A program made the position numbers and the translations under genes. A stretch of DNA of 64,000 nt from an uncultured Solirubrobacterales bacterium (GTDB lineage Bacteria; Actinomycetota; Thermoleophilia; Solirubrobacterales; JBBDJG01), in contig OY970293.1 in assembly GCA_963716195.1 (NCBI GenBank), positions 1,014,119-1,078,118 of the forward strand, read 5' to 3'. This document shows, in pieces, positions 1 to 8,614 of this stretch. How positions within the stretch are numbered: position 1 is the first letter of the stretch; each line of letters begins with the position of its first letter. The notes under the pieces are model-generated. The model made no database searches. It was not told where the DNA came from and saw nothing but the letters and a program-made list of their open reading frames with translations.

Positions 1-546
1 GTCCCGCACATCGTCTGGCTGATTCTGTGGGGCATCGCCGTCTTCTTCGCGCTGATCGCAAACTGGTTCGCAACGCTGTTCCGGGGCAGCTCACCACCCG
101 GTCTGCATGGGTTCCTGGCCTCCTACGCGCGTTACCAGGTACACGTCTTCGCCTACCTTCAGCTCACGGCAAATCCGTTCCCGGGCTTCACCGGCCGCCC
201 CGGCACCTACCCGGTCGACATCGAGATAGATCCCCCGGGGCGCCAGAGCCGTCCGGTGACGGGCTTTCGACTGATACTCGGCGTGCCGGCCTTTCTGGTG
301 TCGAGCGCCCTTGGTGGGGCCGGCTGGGTGGCCGCCGTGCTGACCTGGTTCTACGCGCTCGTGCGCGGCGAGGCGCCGAGAGGCCTCAGGAACCTGAACG
401 CCTTTCAGCTTCGCTACTACGCGCAGACGATCGGATACGCCTACCTGTTGACCGACAAGTATCCGTACAGCGGCCCGTCGGCCGGCTGGCAGATGACGCT
501 CGTCCCTGAGCCGGCGCCTCAGCCGCAGCCGCAGCCGGAATCCTGA
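1..546 (+). CDS. DUF4389-like integral membrane protein, 5' end outside window
   Basis: Frame 1 is open from base 1 to TGA 544-546. The translation (VPHIVWLILWGIAVFFALIANWFATLFRG ... LRYYAQTIGYAYLLTDKYPYSG) shows the same motif pattern as the 1795-2403 product. Track ORF 256..546 is only its distal part. Confidence 0.7.
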   Translation, partial: VPHIVWLILWGIAVFFALIANWFATLFRGSSPPGLHGFLASYARYQVHVFAYLQLTANPFPGFTGRPGTYPVDIEIDPPGRQSRPVTGFRLILGVPAFLVSSALGGAGWVAAVLTWFYALVRGEAPRGLRNLNAFQLRYYAQTIGYAYLLTDKYPYSGPSAGWQMTLVPEPAPQPQPQPES

Positions 547-629
547 TCTCGCGCCTGAAGTGGATCGCGCTGGCCGTCCTGCTGGCGGGGGGCTGGTTCG
601 TCGCGGCCAGGGCGCTGTGGCCGACACAA

Positions 630-1760
630 GTGCCGGACGATCTCCATCTCCCGGATCTGGATGCGGCCGGTTACTTCACCGCATCCGAGCTGGAGAAGGC
701 GCGCGACTACGAGCGCTTCCTGCGCATCACGGGCTTGCTGTCGCTGGCCGCGCTCGTCGTCGTGCTGGTCGTGTACGCGCAGAGGGGCGAGCGCTTCACG
801 CGCGAGTCCGCAGCCGGGCGGATCGGCACCGGGATGCTGCTGGCGATGCTCGGCTTCGCGATCGTGTGGCTGGCGCAGCTGCCGTTCGGACTGGCGACGC
901 TCTGGTGGGAGCGCAAGCACGACGTCGCAAAGCTTGGCTACCTCGAGTACGCGGTCAACAGCTGGCTCTCCCTCGGCAGCGTCTTCCTCTTCATCTCCCT
1001 GGCGATCCTGATCGTGATGGGGTTCGCAGGACCGCTGCGCGACCGCTGGTGGATCGCGGGGGCGCCGGTGTTCGTCGCGCTCGCGCTGCTGTCCGCCTGG
1101 CTCTCGCCCTACCTGATCCCGGACCTGCACCGGCCCCGCGACGCATCCCTGACGGCGGAGATGAAGCGGCTCGCCCGGTCGCAGGGCGAGGAGGAGATCC
1201 CGGTCCGGGTCCAGGACGTGAAGAAGTTCACGACGGAGCCGAACGCCGCGGCGGTCGGACTCGGCTCGACCCGTCGAGTCGTGCTGTGGGACACGCTGCT
1301 CGAGAAGCCTTTCACGGGCCGCGAGGTGCGCGTGGTGCTCGCTCACGAGCTTGGGCACCAGTGGCGTGACCACATCTGGAAGCTGCTCGGCTGGTACGCG
1401 CTGTTCGCTGTCCCGGGCACCTTCCTGATCGCCGTCGCCACCCGCCGCCGGGGCGGCATGTACGAGCCGCGCGCGGTGCCGCTCGCGTTACTGGTCCTCG
1501 TCGTGCTCCAGATCGCGGCGACCCCGGCCCAGAACGCCGTCACCCGGCACTACGAGGCCGAGGCCGACTGGGTCGCGCTCCAGGCCACTCGCGACCCGAG
1601 CGGCGCCGTCGACACGTTCGCCGAGCTTGCCAAGACCACCCTTTCCGACCCGGACCCGCCGGCATGGACGCAATTCCTCGAGAGCACGCACCCGACGATC
1701 ATGCAACGGATCGAGATGGCCGTGGAGTGGGGAGACCGCCACGGCCGAGGCGAGCGTTAG
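630..1760 (+). CDS. M48 family zinc metallopeptidase (Ste24/HtpX-like), multi-pass membrane protein
   Basis: HExxH motif in VVLAHELGHQWRDH plus several hydrophobic helices. The first canonical start is GTG 630, but the frame is open from 510 and encodes a plausible extra N-terminal helix (LKWIALAVLLAGGWFVAARALW) with no ATG/GTG/TTG. Confidence 0.8.
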   Translation: MPDDLHLPDLDAAGYFTASELEKARDYERFLRITGLLSLAALVVVLVVYAQRGERFTRESAAGRIGTGMLLAMLGFAIVWLAQLPFGLATLWWERKHDVAKLGYLEYAVNSWLSLGSVFLFISLAILIVMGFAGPLRDRWWIAGAPVFVALALLSAWLSPYLIPDLHRPRDASLTAEMKRLARSQGEEEIPVRVQDVKKFTTEPNAAAVGLGSTRRVVLWDTLLEKPFTGREVRVVLAHELGHQWRDHIWKLLGWYALFAVPGTFLIAVATRRRGGMYEPRAVPLALLVLVVLQIAATPAQNAVTRHYEAEADWVALQATRDPSGAVDTFAELAKTTLSDPDPPAWTQFLESTHPTIMQRIEMAVEWGDRHGRGER

Positions 1761-1794
1761 GCTGCGACCGAACCGCTCCGAGATTGGAGGAGAG

Positions 1795-2403
1795 ATGGAA
1801 GCAGCACCGCCGCAAGCACCGCCTCCGTCCGCCGCCGGCTACCCGGCTCGCTTCGACATCGAATATCCGCAGAGCCTGTCGCGCTGGAAGATCTTCGTCA
1901 AATGGCTCCTGGCGATCCCGCACTTCATCATCATCTACCTGCTGCAGGCGGTGAACTCCATCCTGGTCTTCATCGCTTTCTTCGCGATCCTGTTCACCAA
2001 GAGGTGGCCGCGGGGCCTGTTCGATTTCTCGGTCCAGATCCAGCGCTGGACGTTCAACGTCTATGCCTACGCGGTGACTCTCCAGCGCGACGAGTACCCG
2101 CCGTTCACGGGGGAGACCGGTCAGTACCCGGTGACGCTCGAGGTGGAGTACGACGACAACCTGTCGCGCTGGCAGATCTTCCTGAAGTGGCTGTTCGCGC
2201 TGCCGCACCTGATCATCGTCACGTTCCTCGCGCTCGCCGCGATCATCGTGGTCTTCATCGCCTTCTTCGCGATCCTGTTCACGGGCAGGTACCCGCGCGG
2301 GATGTTCGACTTCGTGACCGGCACCCTCCGCTGGTACACGCGCGTGAACGCATACGCCTTCTGGCTGATGACGGACCGGTACCCGCCCTTCTCCCTGGAC
2401 TAG
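1795..2403 (+). CDS. DUF4389-like membrane protein with two tandem repeats
   Basis: ATG 1795 is preceded by GGAGGAG. The repeats are (YPQSLSRWKIFVKWLLAIPHFIIIYLL...FAILFTKRWPRGLFDF) and (YDDNLSRWQIFLKWLFALPHLIIVTFL...FAILFTGRYPRGMFDF). Track ORF 1627..2403 has an implausible Arg-rich N-extension overlapping the M48 gene. Confidence 0.8.
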   Translation: MEAAPPQAPPPSAAGYPARFDIEYPQSLSRWKIFVKWLLAIPHFIIIYLLQAVNSILVFIAFFAILFTKRWPRGLFDFSVQIQRWTFNVYAYAVTLQRDEYPPFTGETGQYPVTLEVEYDDNLSRWQIFLKWLFALPHLIIVTFLALAAIIVVFIAFFAILFTGRYPRGMFDFVTGTLRWYTRVNAYAFWLMTDRYPPFSLD

Positions 2404-2502
2404 GAAAGGCCGTCATTTCCTTAGGCGGAAATGACGGGAGCTCCGAGGGTCCGGAAAGGCCGTGATTTGCTTAGACGCAAATCACGGGAGCCCCGAGGGT
2501 CC
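2403..2502 (+). repeat. Two tandem 50-nt units of an intergenic hairpin repeat (REP-like)
   Basis: Unit 1 (2403-2452) is GGAAAGGCCGTCATTTCCTTAGGCGGAAATGACGGGAGCTCCGAGGGTCC. Unit 2 (2453-2502) is GGAAAGGCCGTGATTTGCTTAGACGCAAATCACGGGAGCCCCGAGGGTCC. Each has an 11-bp stem and 6-nt loop (2410-2437, 2460-2487), and the stem differences are compensatory. Confidence 0.85.
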
Positions 2503-2535
2503 GGGAATGCGTTCGCTATTCTCGGCGGCCAGCCA

Positions 2536-3729
2536 ATGAACGTCTTCAACAAGGACTATCTGATGACGGCGGGTCCCACCCCGCTGCCGCCGAGCGTGTC
2601 GCAGGTGATGGCCGAGCCCATCTTGTATCACCGCGCGCCGGTCTTCATCGAGATCTACGAGCGCGTGCTGGAGCGCCTCAAGATGGTGTTCCAGACCGAG
2701 AACGACGTGCTGGTGTTCGCGTCCTCCGGTACCGGCGGGATGGAGTCGGCGGTCGCGAACCTGATCGCGCCCGGCGACAAGGCGCTGGTGGCCTCCTGCG
2801 GCAAGTTCGGCCAGCGCTGGGCGGAGCTGTGCGAGGTCTACGGCGCCGACCTCTATCACCACGACGGTGAATGGGGCGCGCGGATCGAGCCCGAAGAGCT
2901 CGAGCGCGCCTTCCAGGGCGCCGGCGACGACGTGCGTGCGGTCTTCACCACGCAGTCCGAGACCTCGACCGGCGTCCTGAACGACGTCGCGGCACTCACG
3001 GAGGTCGCGCACCGGCACGGCGCGCTCATGTGCGTCGATGCCGTGTCGGGCCTCGGGGTGGTTGATCTGCCGACCGACGCCTGGGGCGTCGACGTGGTCG
3101 CGTCGGGATCCCAGAAGGCGCTCATGTGCCCGCCCGGCCTCGGGTTCGCCGCGGTGTCGGAGAACGCACTCGCCGCGGCGAGTGTCGCCCGCAAGCACGG
3201 CGCGCGCACCTATTACTTCGACTGGGAGAAGACCGTCAAGGGCCAGCGAAAGTCACCGGCTGACAGCCCGTTCACGCCGCCGGTGACGCTCTTCCGCGCC
3301 CTCGACGTCGCGCTGGAGCTGATCGAGCGCGAGACGCTGGCTGGCGTCTTCGAGCGCCACGCCGTGCTCGGCCGCGCCGCCCGGCAGGCGGTCAAGGCGC
3401 TGGGCCTCGAATTGTTCGGTCCCGAAGACGAGAACGCGAACGTCGTGACCGCCGTCAAGGTTCCCGACGGCGTGGACGGTACAGCCGTTCCGAAGCTGAT
3501 GCGCGACCGCTACCGGGTCACCGTCGCAGGCGGCCAGGGTCATCTGAAGGGCAAGATCGTGCGGGTCGCGCACTGCGGCTACTACGGGGCGTTCGACATC
3601 CTGAGCACGACCGCCGCGCTCGAGATGGCGTTGAGCGAGCTCGGCGCCGAGGTCAACCTCGGCGCCGGCGTCGCAGCAGCGCAGCAGGTCTTCCTCGAGG
3701 CCGGTGTGCCCGTGGCGCAGCCGGTCTAG
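2536..3729 (+). CDS. Class V pyridoxal-phosphate aminotransferase (serine-glyoxylate / phosphoserine aminotransferase type)
   Basis: MNVFNKDYLMTAGPTPLPPSV start at ATG 2536 and the PLP-lysine region SGSQKALMCPPGLGF. It lies directly upstream of serA. The upstream part of track ORF 2431..3729 lies in the repeat element. Confidence 0.85.
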   Translation: MNVFNKDYLMTAGPTPLPPSVSQVMAEPILYHRAPVFIEIYERVLERLKMVFQTENDVLVFASSGTGGMESAVANLIAPGDKALVASCGKFGQRWAELCEVYGADLYHHDGEWGARIEPEELERAFQGAGDDVRAVFTTQSETSTGVLNDVAALTEVAHRHGALMCVDAVSGLGVVDLPTDAWGVDVVASGSQKALMCPPGLGFAAVSENALAAASVARKHGARTYYFDWEKTVKGQRKSPADSPFTPPVTLFRALDVALELIERETLAGVFERHAVLGRAARQAVKALGLELFGPEDENANVVTAVKVPDGVDGTAVPKLMRDRYRVTVAGGQGHLKGKIVRVAHCGYYGAFDILSTTAALEMALSELGAEVNLGAGVAAAQQVFLEAGVPVAQPV

Positions 3730-3737
3730 GGCTAGGC

Positions 3738-5372
3738 GTGACAGCCGGCAACCACTACAAGGTCCTGGTCAAGGAGAAGATCGCCGACACCGGCGTCTCG
3801 CTGCTGCGCGAGCACTTCGACGTCGATGTCCTGGTCGAGATGCCCGACGACGAGCTGCGCGAGGCGATCGCCGGCTACGAGGGGATCGTGATCCGCTCCG
3901 CGACGAAGATGACCGCCGAACTGATCGAGCGCGCCGAACGTCTCAAGGTGATCGGACGCGCGGGGATCGGGGTCGACAACGTGGACGTGCCCGCCGCGAC
4001 GAAGCACGGAATCATCGTCGCGAACGCGCCGGAGTCGAACACAGTCGCCGCCGCCGAGCAAACGATTGCGCTGATGCTGGCTCAGGCCCGCAACGTTCCG
4101 CAGGCGCACGCCTCACTCAAGGCGGGCAAGTGGGAGCGGAGCAAGTTCGGCGGGGTGGAGGTGTTCGAGAAGACGCTAGGCATCCTCGGCTTCGGGCGCA
4201 TCGGCCAGCTGGTGGCGCAACGGGCGCGCGGGTTCGGCATGAACGTGGTCGCGTTCGATCCCTATGTATCGGCGGAGAGGTTCCGGGAGCTGGGCGTCGA
4301 GCACGCGGCGGACGTGAGCGACGTCTATGCCCAGGCCGACATCATCACCATCCACCTGCCGAAGACGCCGGAGACGACGAACTTCCTGAACGCCGGGGCG
4401 TTCGCCGAGATGAAGGACGGCGTCCGGATCGTGAATTGCGCGCGGGGCGAGCTGCTCGACCTGGACGCCCTGAAGGGCGCGATCGAGTCGGGCAAGGTCG
4501 CCGGCGCGGGACTGGACGTGTTCCCCGCCGAGCCGATGACCGAACATCCGATCTTCGCGCTCGAGAACGTGGTGGTGACTCCCCATCTCGGCGCATCTAC
4601 GACCGAGGCGCAGGACCGCGCGGGCGTGATCACGGCCGAGCAGGTCGTGGCTGCTCTGACCGGAGGCCTCGTCACGAACGCGGTCAACATCCCGACCATT
4701 CGCGGCGAGGACCTCGCCGTGCTCGAGCCGTACATGCCGCTGGCCACCCAGCTCGGCCGGCTGGCGATGTCGCTCGCAGCCCGCACCTCCGTCGACCGCA
4801 TCGAGATCTCGTTCCTCGGCCGGCTTGCCGAGTTCGACACGCGCCTCGTCACGCTGTCCGTCCTGAACGGCGCCCTGGCCGGCCGCATCGAGGAGAACGT
4901 GAACCTGGTGAACGCCTCGACCATCGCCGAGGACAGGGGGATCGGCGTCGTCGAGACGAAGGAGCACGAGCTGCGCGACTACGCGAACCTCCTGTCCGTC
5001 GCGGTCGTCGCCGACGGTGAGCGCGTCGAGGTCGCCGGCACGACGTTCGGCCCGCGCCACGTGCCCCACCTCGTCGGGGCATACGGGCAGAGCTTCAACA
5101 TCGAGCTTGCCCAGCACATGTTGATCTTCCGCTACTCCGACGTGCCCGGCATGATCGGCAAGATCGGCACCGTGCTCGGCGAGCACGGCATCAACATCGC
5201 CTCCACGGCCGTCGGTCGCGAGCCCGACCACGAGCCGGGCCGTCCGGCAGGCGGAGGAAGCGGCCGGCTGGCAGTCATGGTCGTCACCACCGACTCGCCC
5301 GTGCCCGAGGAGACGCTCGCTGCGATCGTGTCGCTCGAGGGCTTCCAGGACGGGCACGCCGTAACCCTGTGA
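3738..5372 (+). CDS. serA: D-3-phosphoglycerate dehydrogenase, long form with C-terminal regulatory domains
   Basis: 544 aa with the NAD-binding motif GILGFGRIGQLVA, a 2-hydroxyacid dehydrogenase catalytic region and an ACT-like C-terminus (MLIFRYSDVPGMIGKIGTVLGEHGINI). Confidence 0.9.
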   Translation: MTAGNHYKVLVKEKIADTGVSLLREHFDVDVLVEMPDDELREAIAGYEGIVIRSATKMTAELIERAERLKVIGRAGIGVDNVDVPAATKHGIIVANAPESNTVAAAEQTIALMLAQARNVPQAHASLKAGKWERSKFGGVEVFEKTLGILGFGRIGQLVAQRARGFGMNVVAFDPYVSAERFRELGVEHAADVSDVYAQADIITIHLPKTPETTNFLNAGAFAEMKDGVRIVNCARGELLDLDALKGAIESGKVAGAGLDVFPAEPMTEHPIFALENVVVTPHLGASTTEAQDRAGVITAEQVVAALTGGLVTNAVNIPTIRGEDLAVLEPYMPLATQLGRLAMSLAARTSVDRIEISFLGRLAEFDTRLVTLSVLNGALAGRIEENVNLVNASTIAEDRGIGVVETKEHELRDYANLLSVAVVADGERVEVAGTTFGPRHVPHLVGAYGQSFNIELAQHMLIFRYSDVPGMIGKIGTVLGEHGINIASTAVGREPDHEPGRPAGGGSGRLAVMVVTTDSPVPEETLAAIVSLEGFQDGHAVTL

Positions 5373-5437
5373 TGGTGGGAGGCGGCCATTAGGCCGACTC
5401 ACGAGATGTTTGGTGTCCGGCGCAGCCGGCTCGATAT

Positions 5438-5758
5438 TTGATGGCGCGGGTGGCGGCGATCGCGCCCGATCTGTTCTTCGCCTCCAAGATCGAAGCGACG
5501 CTGACCGCGGCGGGGCACGAGGTGACCGTCGTCTCGAGCCCGGATGACCTGGCTGACGCCGACGTCGTGATCGTCGACCTCGACAACGCCGGACCTGACC
5601 GCGTTGGGCCGCTGGAAGTTCCTGCGCTCGGCTTCTACTCCCACGTCGATGTCGAAACCCGGGAGAAAGCTGAGGCCGCGGGGTACGACCTCGTCGTGCC
5701 GCGCTCACGCATGGCACGCGAGATGCAAGTGCTGGTGGATCGGCTCGTCGCCGGTTAG
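5438..5758 (+). CDS. Hypothetical small protein with alternating beta/alpha pattern (receiver/flavodoxin-like fold guess)
   Basis: 106-aa ORF in an otherwise unoccupied interval with codon usage like its neighbours. No recognised motif. Confidence 0.5.
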   Translation: MMARVAAIAPDLFFASKIEATLTAAGHEVTVVSSPDDLADADVVIVDLDNAGPDRVGPLEVPALGFYSHVDVETREKAEAAGYDLVVPRSRMAREMQVLVDRLVAG

Positions 5759-5767
5759 GGTTGCGCC

Positions 5768-6793
5768 GTGAAGGCGCTGATGCTCGTCAAGGCTGGGCCG
5801 CCCGAGCAGGCGCTCGAGGTGCGCGACGTTCCCGACCCGACGCCGGGCAACGGAGAGGTGTTGATCGACGTTCGGGCCGCGGGGCTGAACTTCGCCGACG
5901 TGATGGCCCGGGCCGGCCTCTATCCCGACGCCCCGAAGACTCCCTGCGTGATGGGCTACGAGGTGGCGGGAGTGGTCAACAGCGCGGGGAACGGCGTCGA
6001 GCGCTTCGAACCGGGGCAGCGGGTGGTCGCTGCGACTCTCTTCAACGGCTTCGCGGAGCGCGCGGTTGCGATGGCCACCGACGTGCTCCCGCTGCCGGAG
6101 GGGATGAGCTTCGAGGAGGGCGCGGCCCTGCCTGTCGCCTATGGGACTGCTTACGCAGCGGTCGGCCTGCTGGCGGCCGTGCGCCCAGGCGAAACCGTGC
6201 TCGTCCACGCGGCGGCCGGCAGCGTCGGCATTGCCGCGACCCAGTTGCTGCGCGACCGAGGGGCCGAGGTGATCGGCACCGCCTCGGCGTCCAAGCACGA
6301 CGCGATCCGCGCGCAGGGCGTCTCGCACGCGATCGACTATCGCACCCAGGACTTCAGGCAGGAGGTGCAGCGGATCACCGGCGGCCAAGGCGTCGACGTC
6401 GTGCTCGACGCACTCGGCGAGTTCAGGAGCAGCTACGCATCGCTGCGCCCGGGCGGGCGGCTCGTCATGTACGGGGCCTCGAAGCTGCTCACGGGCGATC
6501 GGCGCAATCTCGTCAGGACGATCCGGACCGTCGCCACGCTGCCTCGCTTCAACTCGCTCAAGCTCATGAACCAGAACAGGTCCGTCATGGGGCTCAACCT
6601 GCTCAAGTTGTGGCAGGCACGTGGTTCGCTCGAGGAGCTGATCGAGCCGCTCACCGACCTGGTCCAACGTGGTGTCGCGAAGCCCGTGGTGGCGAAGGTC
6701 TTCCCGTTCTCTCAAGCCGCCGCCGCCCACCGCTTCATCCAGGAGCGCCAGAACATCGGCAAAGTCGTTTTCGTACCGGACTCCGTCCTGTAG
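5768..6793 (+). CDS. Zinc-type (MDR) alcohol dehydrogenase / quinone oxidoreductase family protein
   Basis: GEVLIDVRAAGLNFADV and the nucleotide-binding stretch GETVLVHAAAGSVGIAATQL, with a C-terminal GKVVF-type ending typical of the quinone oxidoreductase/VAT-1 subgroup. Confidence 0.85.
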   Translation: MKALMLVKAGPPEQALEVRDVPDPTPGNGEVLIDVRAAGLNFADVMARAGLYPDAPKTPCVMGYEVAGVVNSAGNGVERFEPGQRVVAATLFNGFAERAVAMATDVLPLPEGMSFEEGAALPVAYGTAYAAVGLLAAVRPGETVLVHAAAGSVGIAATQLLRDRGAEVIGTASASKHDAIRAQGVSHAIDYRTQDFRQEVQRITGGQGVDVVLDALGEFRSSYASLRPGGRLVMYGASKLLTGDRRNLVRTIRTVATLPRFNSLKLMNQNRSVMGLNLLKLWQARGSLEELIEPLTDLVQRGVAKPVVAKVFPFSQAAAAHRFIQERQNIGKVVFVPDSVL

Positions 6794-6803
6794 GATCTGG
6801 GTC

Positions 6804-6935
6804 GTGAACGTGAGGACCTCAGCACCGGCTCTTCTCACTCGCGGCCGTGCGCTTGCCCTCGCGCCCTCGGAGCTCCCGGAATTTGCGCCTAAGCAAATTC
6901 CTGCTCTTCTTCTCCTCCCCCTGCGGGGGGAATAG
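6804..6935 (+). promoter_or_regulatory. Candidate leucine-rich leader ORF / attenuator region upstream of leuA
   Basis: The frame ends ...IPALLLLPLRGE-stop with codons CTT CTT CTC CTC CCC CTG at 6906-6923 and TAG 6933-6935. A C5/G5 hairpin (6917-6929) overlaps the Leu run, and a perfect 16-nt palindrome GCGGGCCGCGGCCCGC follows at 6943-6958. The only in-frame starts are GTG 6804/6810. Confidence 0.3.
6864..6909 (-). repeat. Third locus of the hairpin repeat family, inverted orientation
   Basis: The reverse complement reads CAGGAATTTGCTTAGGCGCAAATTCCGGGAGCTCCGAGGG. It has the same TTAGGC loop and GGGAGCTCCGAGGG flank as 2403-2502, with a different but still complementary stem (6878-6901). Confidence 0.7.
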
Positions 6936-7003
6936 GCACTTCGCGGGCCGCGGCCCGCACAGCGCAACAGGGATAAGTAAGACTCAGGAGAAGGAGACAG
7001 ACG

Positions 7004-8614
7004 ATGACCGAATCACGCCCAGCGGGGGGCCAGAGCCCGAACGGAAAGCAGCCGGACCGCGTATTCATCTTCGACACGACGCTGCGCGACGGCGAGCAGT
7101 CGCCCGGCATCTCGCTCAACGTGCAGGAGAAGCTCGAGATCGCCCACCAGCTCGCGCGCCTCGGCGTCGATGTGATCGAGGCCGGTTTCCCGATCACCTC
7201 GCCCGGCGACTTCAAGGCGGTGACGGCGATCGCGAAGGCGGTCGAGGGCCCCGTGATCTGCGGGCTGGCGCGCACGGCGTCGCAGGACATCGACACCGCC
7301 TGGAACGCGATCAAGCACTCGGAGCGCCCGCGTATCCACACCTTCATCTCGACCTCGGACATTCACATCCGCCATCAGCTGCAGACCACGCGCGACGACG
7401 TCAAAGGCCAGGCACGGGCGGCGGTCGCGCATGCGAAGCAGTACTGCGACGACGTCGAGTTCTCGCCGATGGACGCCACGCGCGCCGACGTCGAGTTCAC
7501 GGCGGAGGTGTGCCAGATCGCCGTCGAGGAGGGAGCGACCACCATCAACGTTCCCGACACGGTCGGCTACACGATGCCGCACGAGTACGCCTCGCTGTTC
7601 GCCGATCTGCTTCGCCTCGTGCCGCAGTTGAAGGACGTCGTGCTCTCGGTTCACTGCCACGACGACCTCGGTCTCGCCGTCGCCAACTCGTTCGCGGGGC
7701 TGACGGCCGGTTGCCGGCAGGTGGAGTGCGCCGTGAACGGCATCGGCGAGCGCGCCGGCAACGCATCTCTCGAGGAGATCGTGATGCTGCTCAGGACGCG
7801 CTCCTCCTCGGTCAACCTGGACACCAAGCTCAACACGGGTGAGCTGGCCCGCACCAGCCGCCTCGTTTCGCGGCTGACCGGCTATCCGGTGCAGCCCAAC
7901 AAGGCGATCGTCGGCCGCAACGCGTTCGCCCACGAGTCCGGCATCCACCAGGACGGCGTCCTCAAAGAGCGCACCACGTACGAGATCATGGATGCCCGCA
8001 CGGTGGGTCTGGAGACGAACTCCATCGTGCTCGGAAAGCACTCGGGCCGGCATGCGCTGCGCCAGGCGCTCGAGGAGCTCGGCTACAAGATCTCCGGCCA
8101 GGCGCTCAACACGGCCTTCAAGCGGTTCAAGGAAATCGCTGACAAGAAGAAGCACGTGACGGCGATGGACCTCGAGGCGCTCGTCACGGACGAGATTCGC
8201 GAGCAAGCGGAGGCCTACAACCTCGCGGCGTTCGAGCTGCACGACTCCTCCAGCGAGGCGCCGCGGGCGCGGGTGACCGTGACCACGCCGGAAGGCACCT
8301 CGGTGAGCGGAGAGGGAAGCGGCGACGGGGCGGTGGACGCGCTCTTGAAGGCGATCAACACGGCGATCGGCAAGCCGGCCGTGCTGAAGGAGTACCACGT
8401 CAGCGCGGCAACGGCGGACACCGACGCAATCGCCGAGGTGTCCACCCTGGTAGAGCTCGACGGCAGACTCGTGTCCGGCCAGAGCATCTCCACCGATACG
8501 CTCGAAGCGACGGCGCGTGCCTACCTGCGGGCCGTGTCGAACGCGATCGCCGGGGGGACCGGGTCGGCCACTGAGCCATCGCTCGCGACGCCGCTCCCGA
8601 GTGAGCGCGGCTAG
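7004..8614 (+). CDS. leuA: 2-isopropylmalate synthase
   Basis: FIFDTTLRDGEQSPG, HCHDDLGLAVANS and a C-terminal LeuA dimerisation/regulatory domain. RBS GGAGAAGGAG lies upstream of ATG 7004. Confidence 0.95.
   Translation: MTESRPAGGQSPNGKQPDRVFIFDTTLRDGEQSPGISLNVQEKLEIAHQLARLGVDVIEAGFPITSPGDFKAVTAIAKAVEGPVICGLARTASQDIDTAWNAIKHSERPRIHTFISTSDIHIRHQLQTTRDDVKGQARAAVAHAKQYCDDVEFSPMDATRADVEFTAEVCQIAVEEGATTINVPDTVGYTMPHEYASLFADLLRLVPQLKDVVLSVHCHDDLGLAVANSFAGLTAGCRQVECAVNGIGERAGNASLEEIVMLLRTRSSSVNLDTKLNTGELARTSRLVSRLTGYPVQPNKAIVGRNAFAHESGIHQDGVLKERTTYEIMDARTVGLETNSIVLGKHSGRHALRQALEELGYKISGQALNTAFKRFKEIADKKKHVTAMDLEALVTDEIREQAEAYNLAAFELHDSSSEAPRARVTVTTPEGTSVSGEGSGDGAVDALLKAINTAIGKPAVLKEYHVSAATADTDAIAEVSTLVELDGRLVSGQSISTDTLEATARAYLRAVSNAIAGGTGSATEPSLATPLPSERG

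Noticed and set aside
2403-2502. Possible miniature CRISPR array (two direct 50-nt repeats).
   Set aside because: The units are directly abutting with no spacers, there are only two of them, they are palindromic REP-like hairpins, and there are no cas genes in the window.
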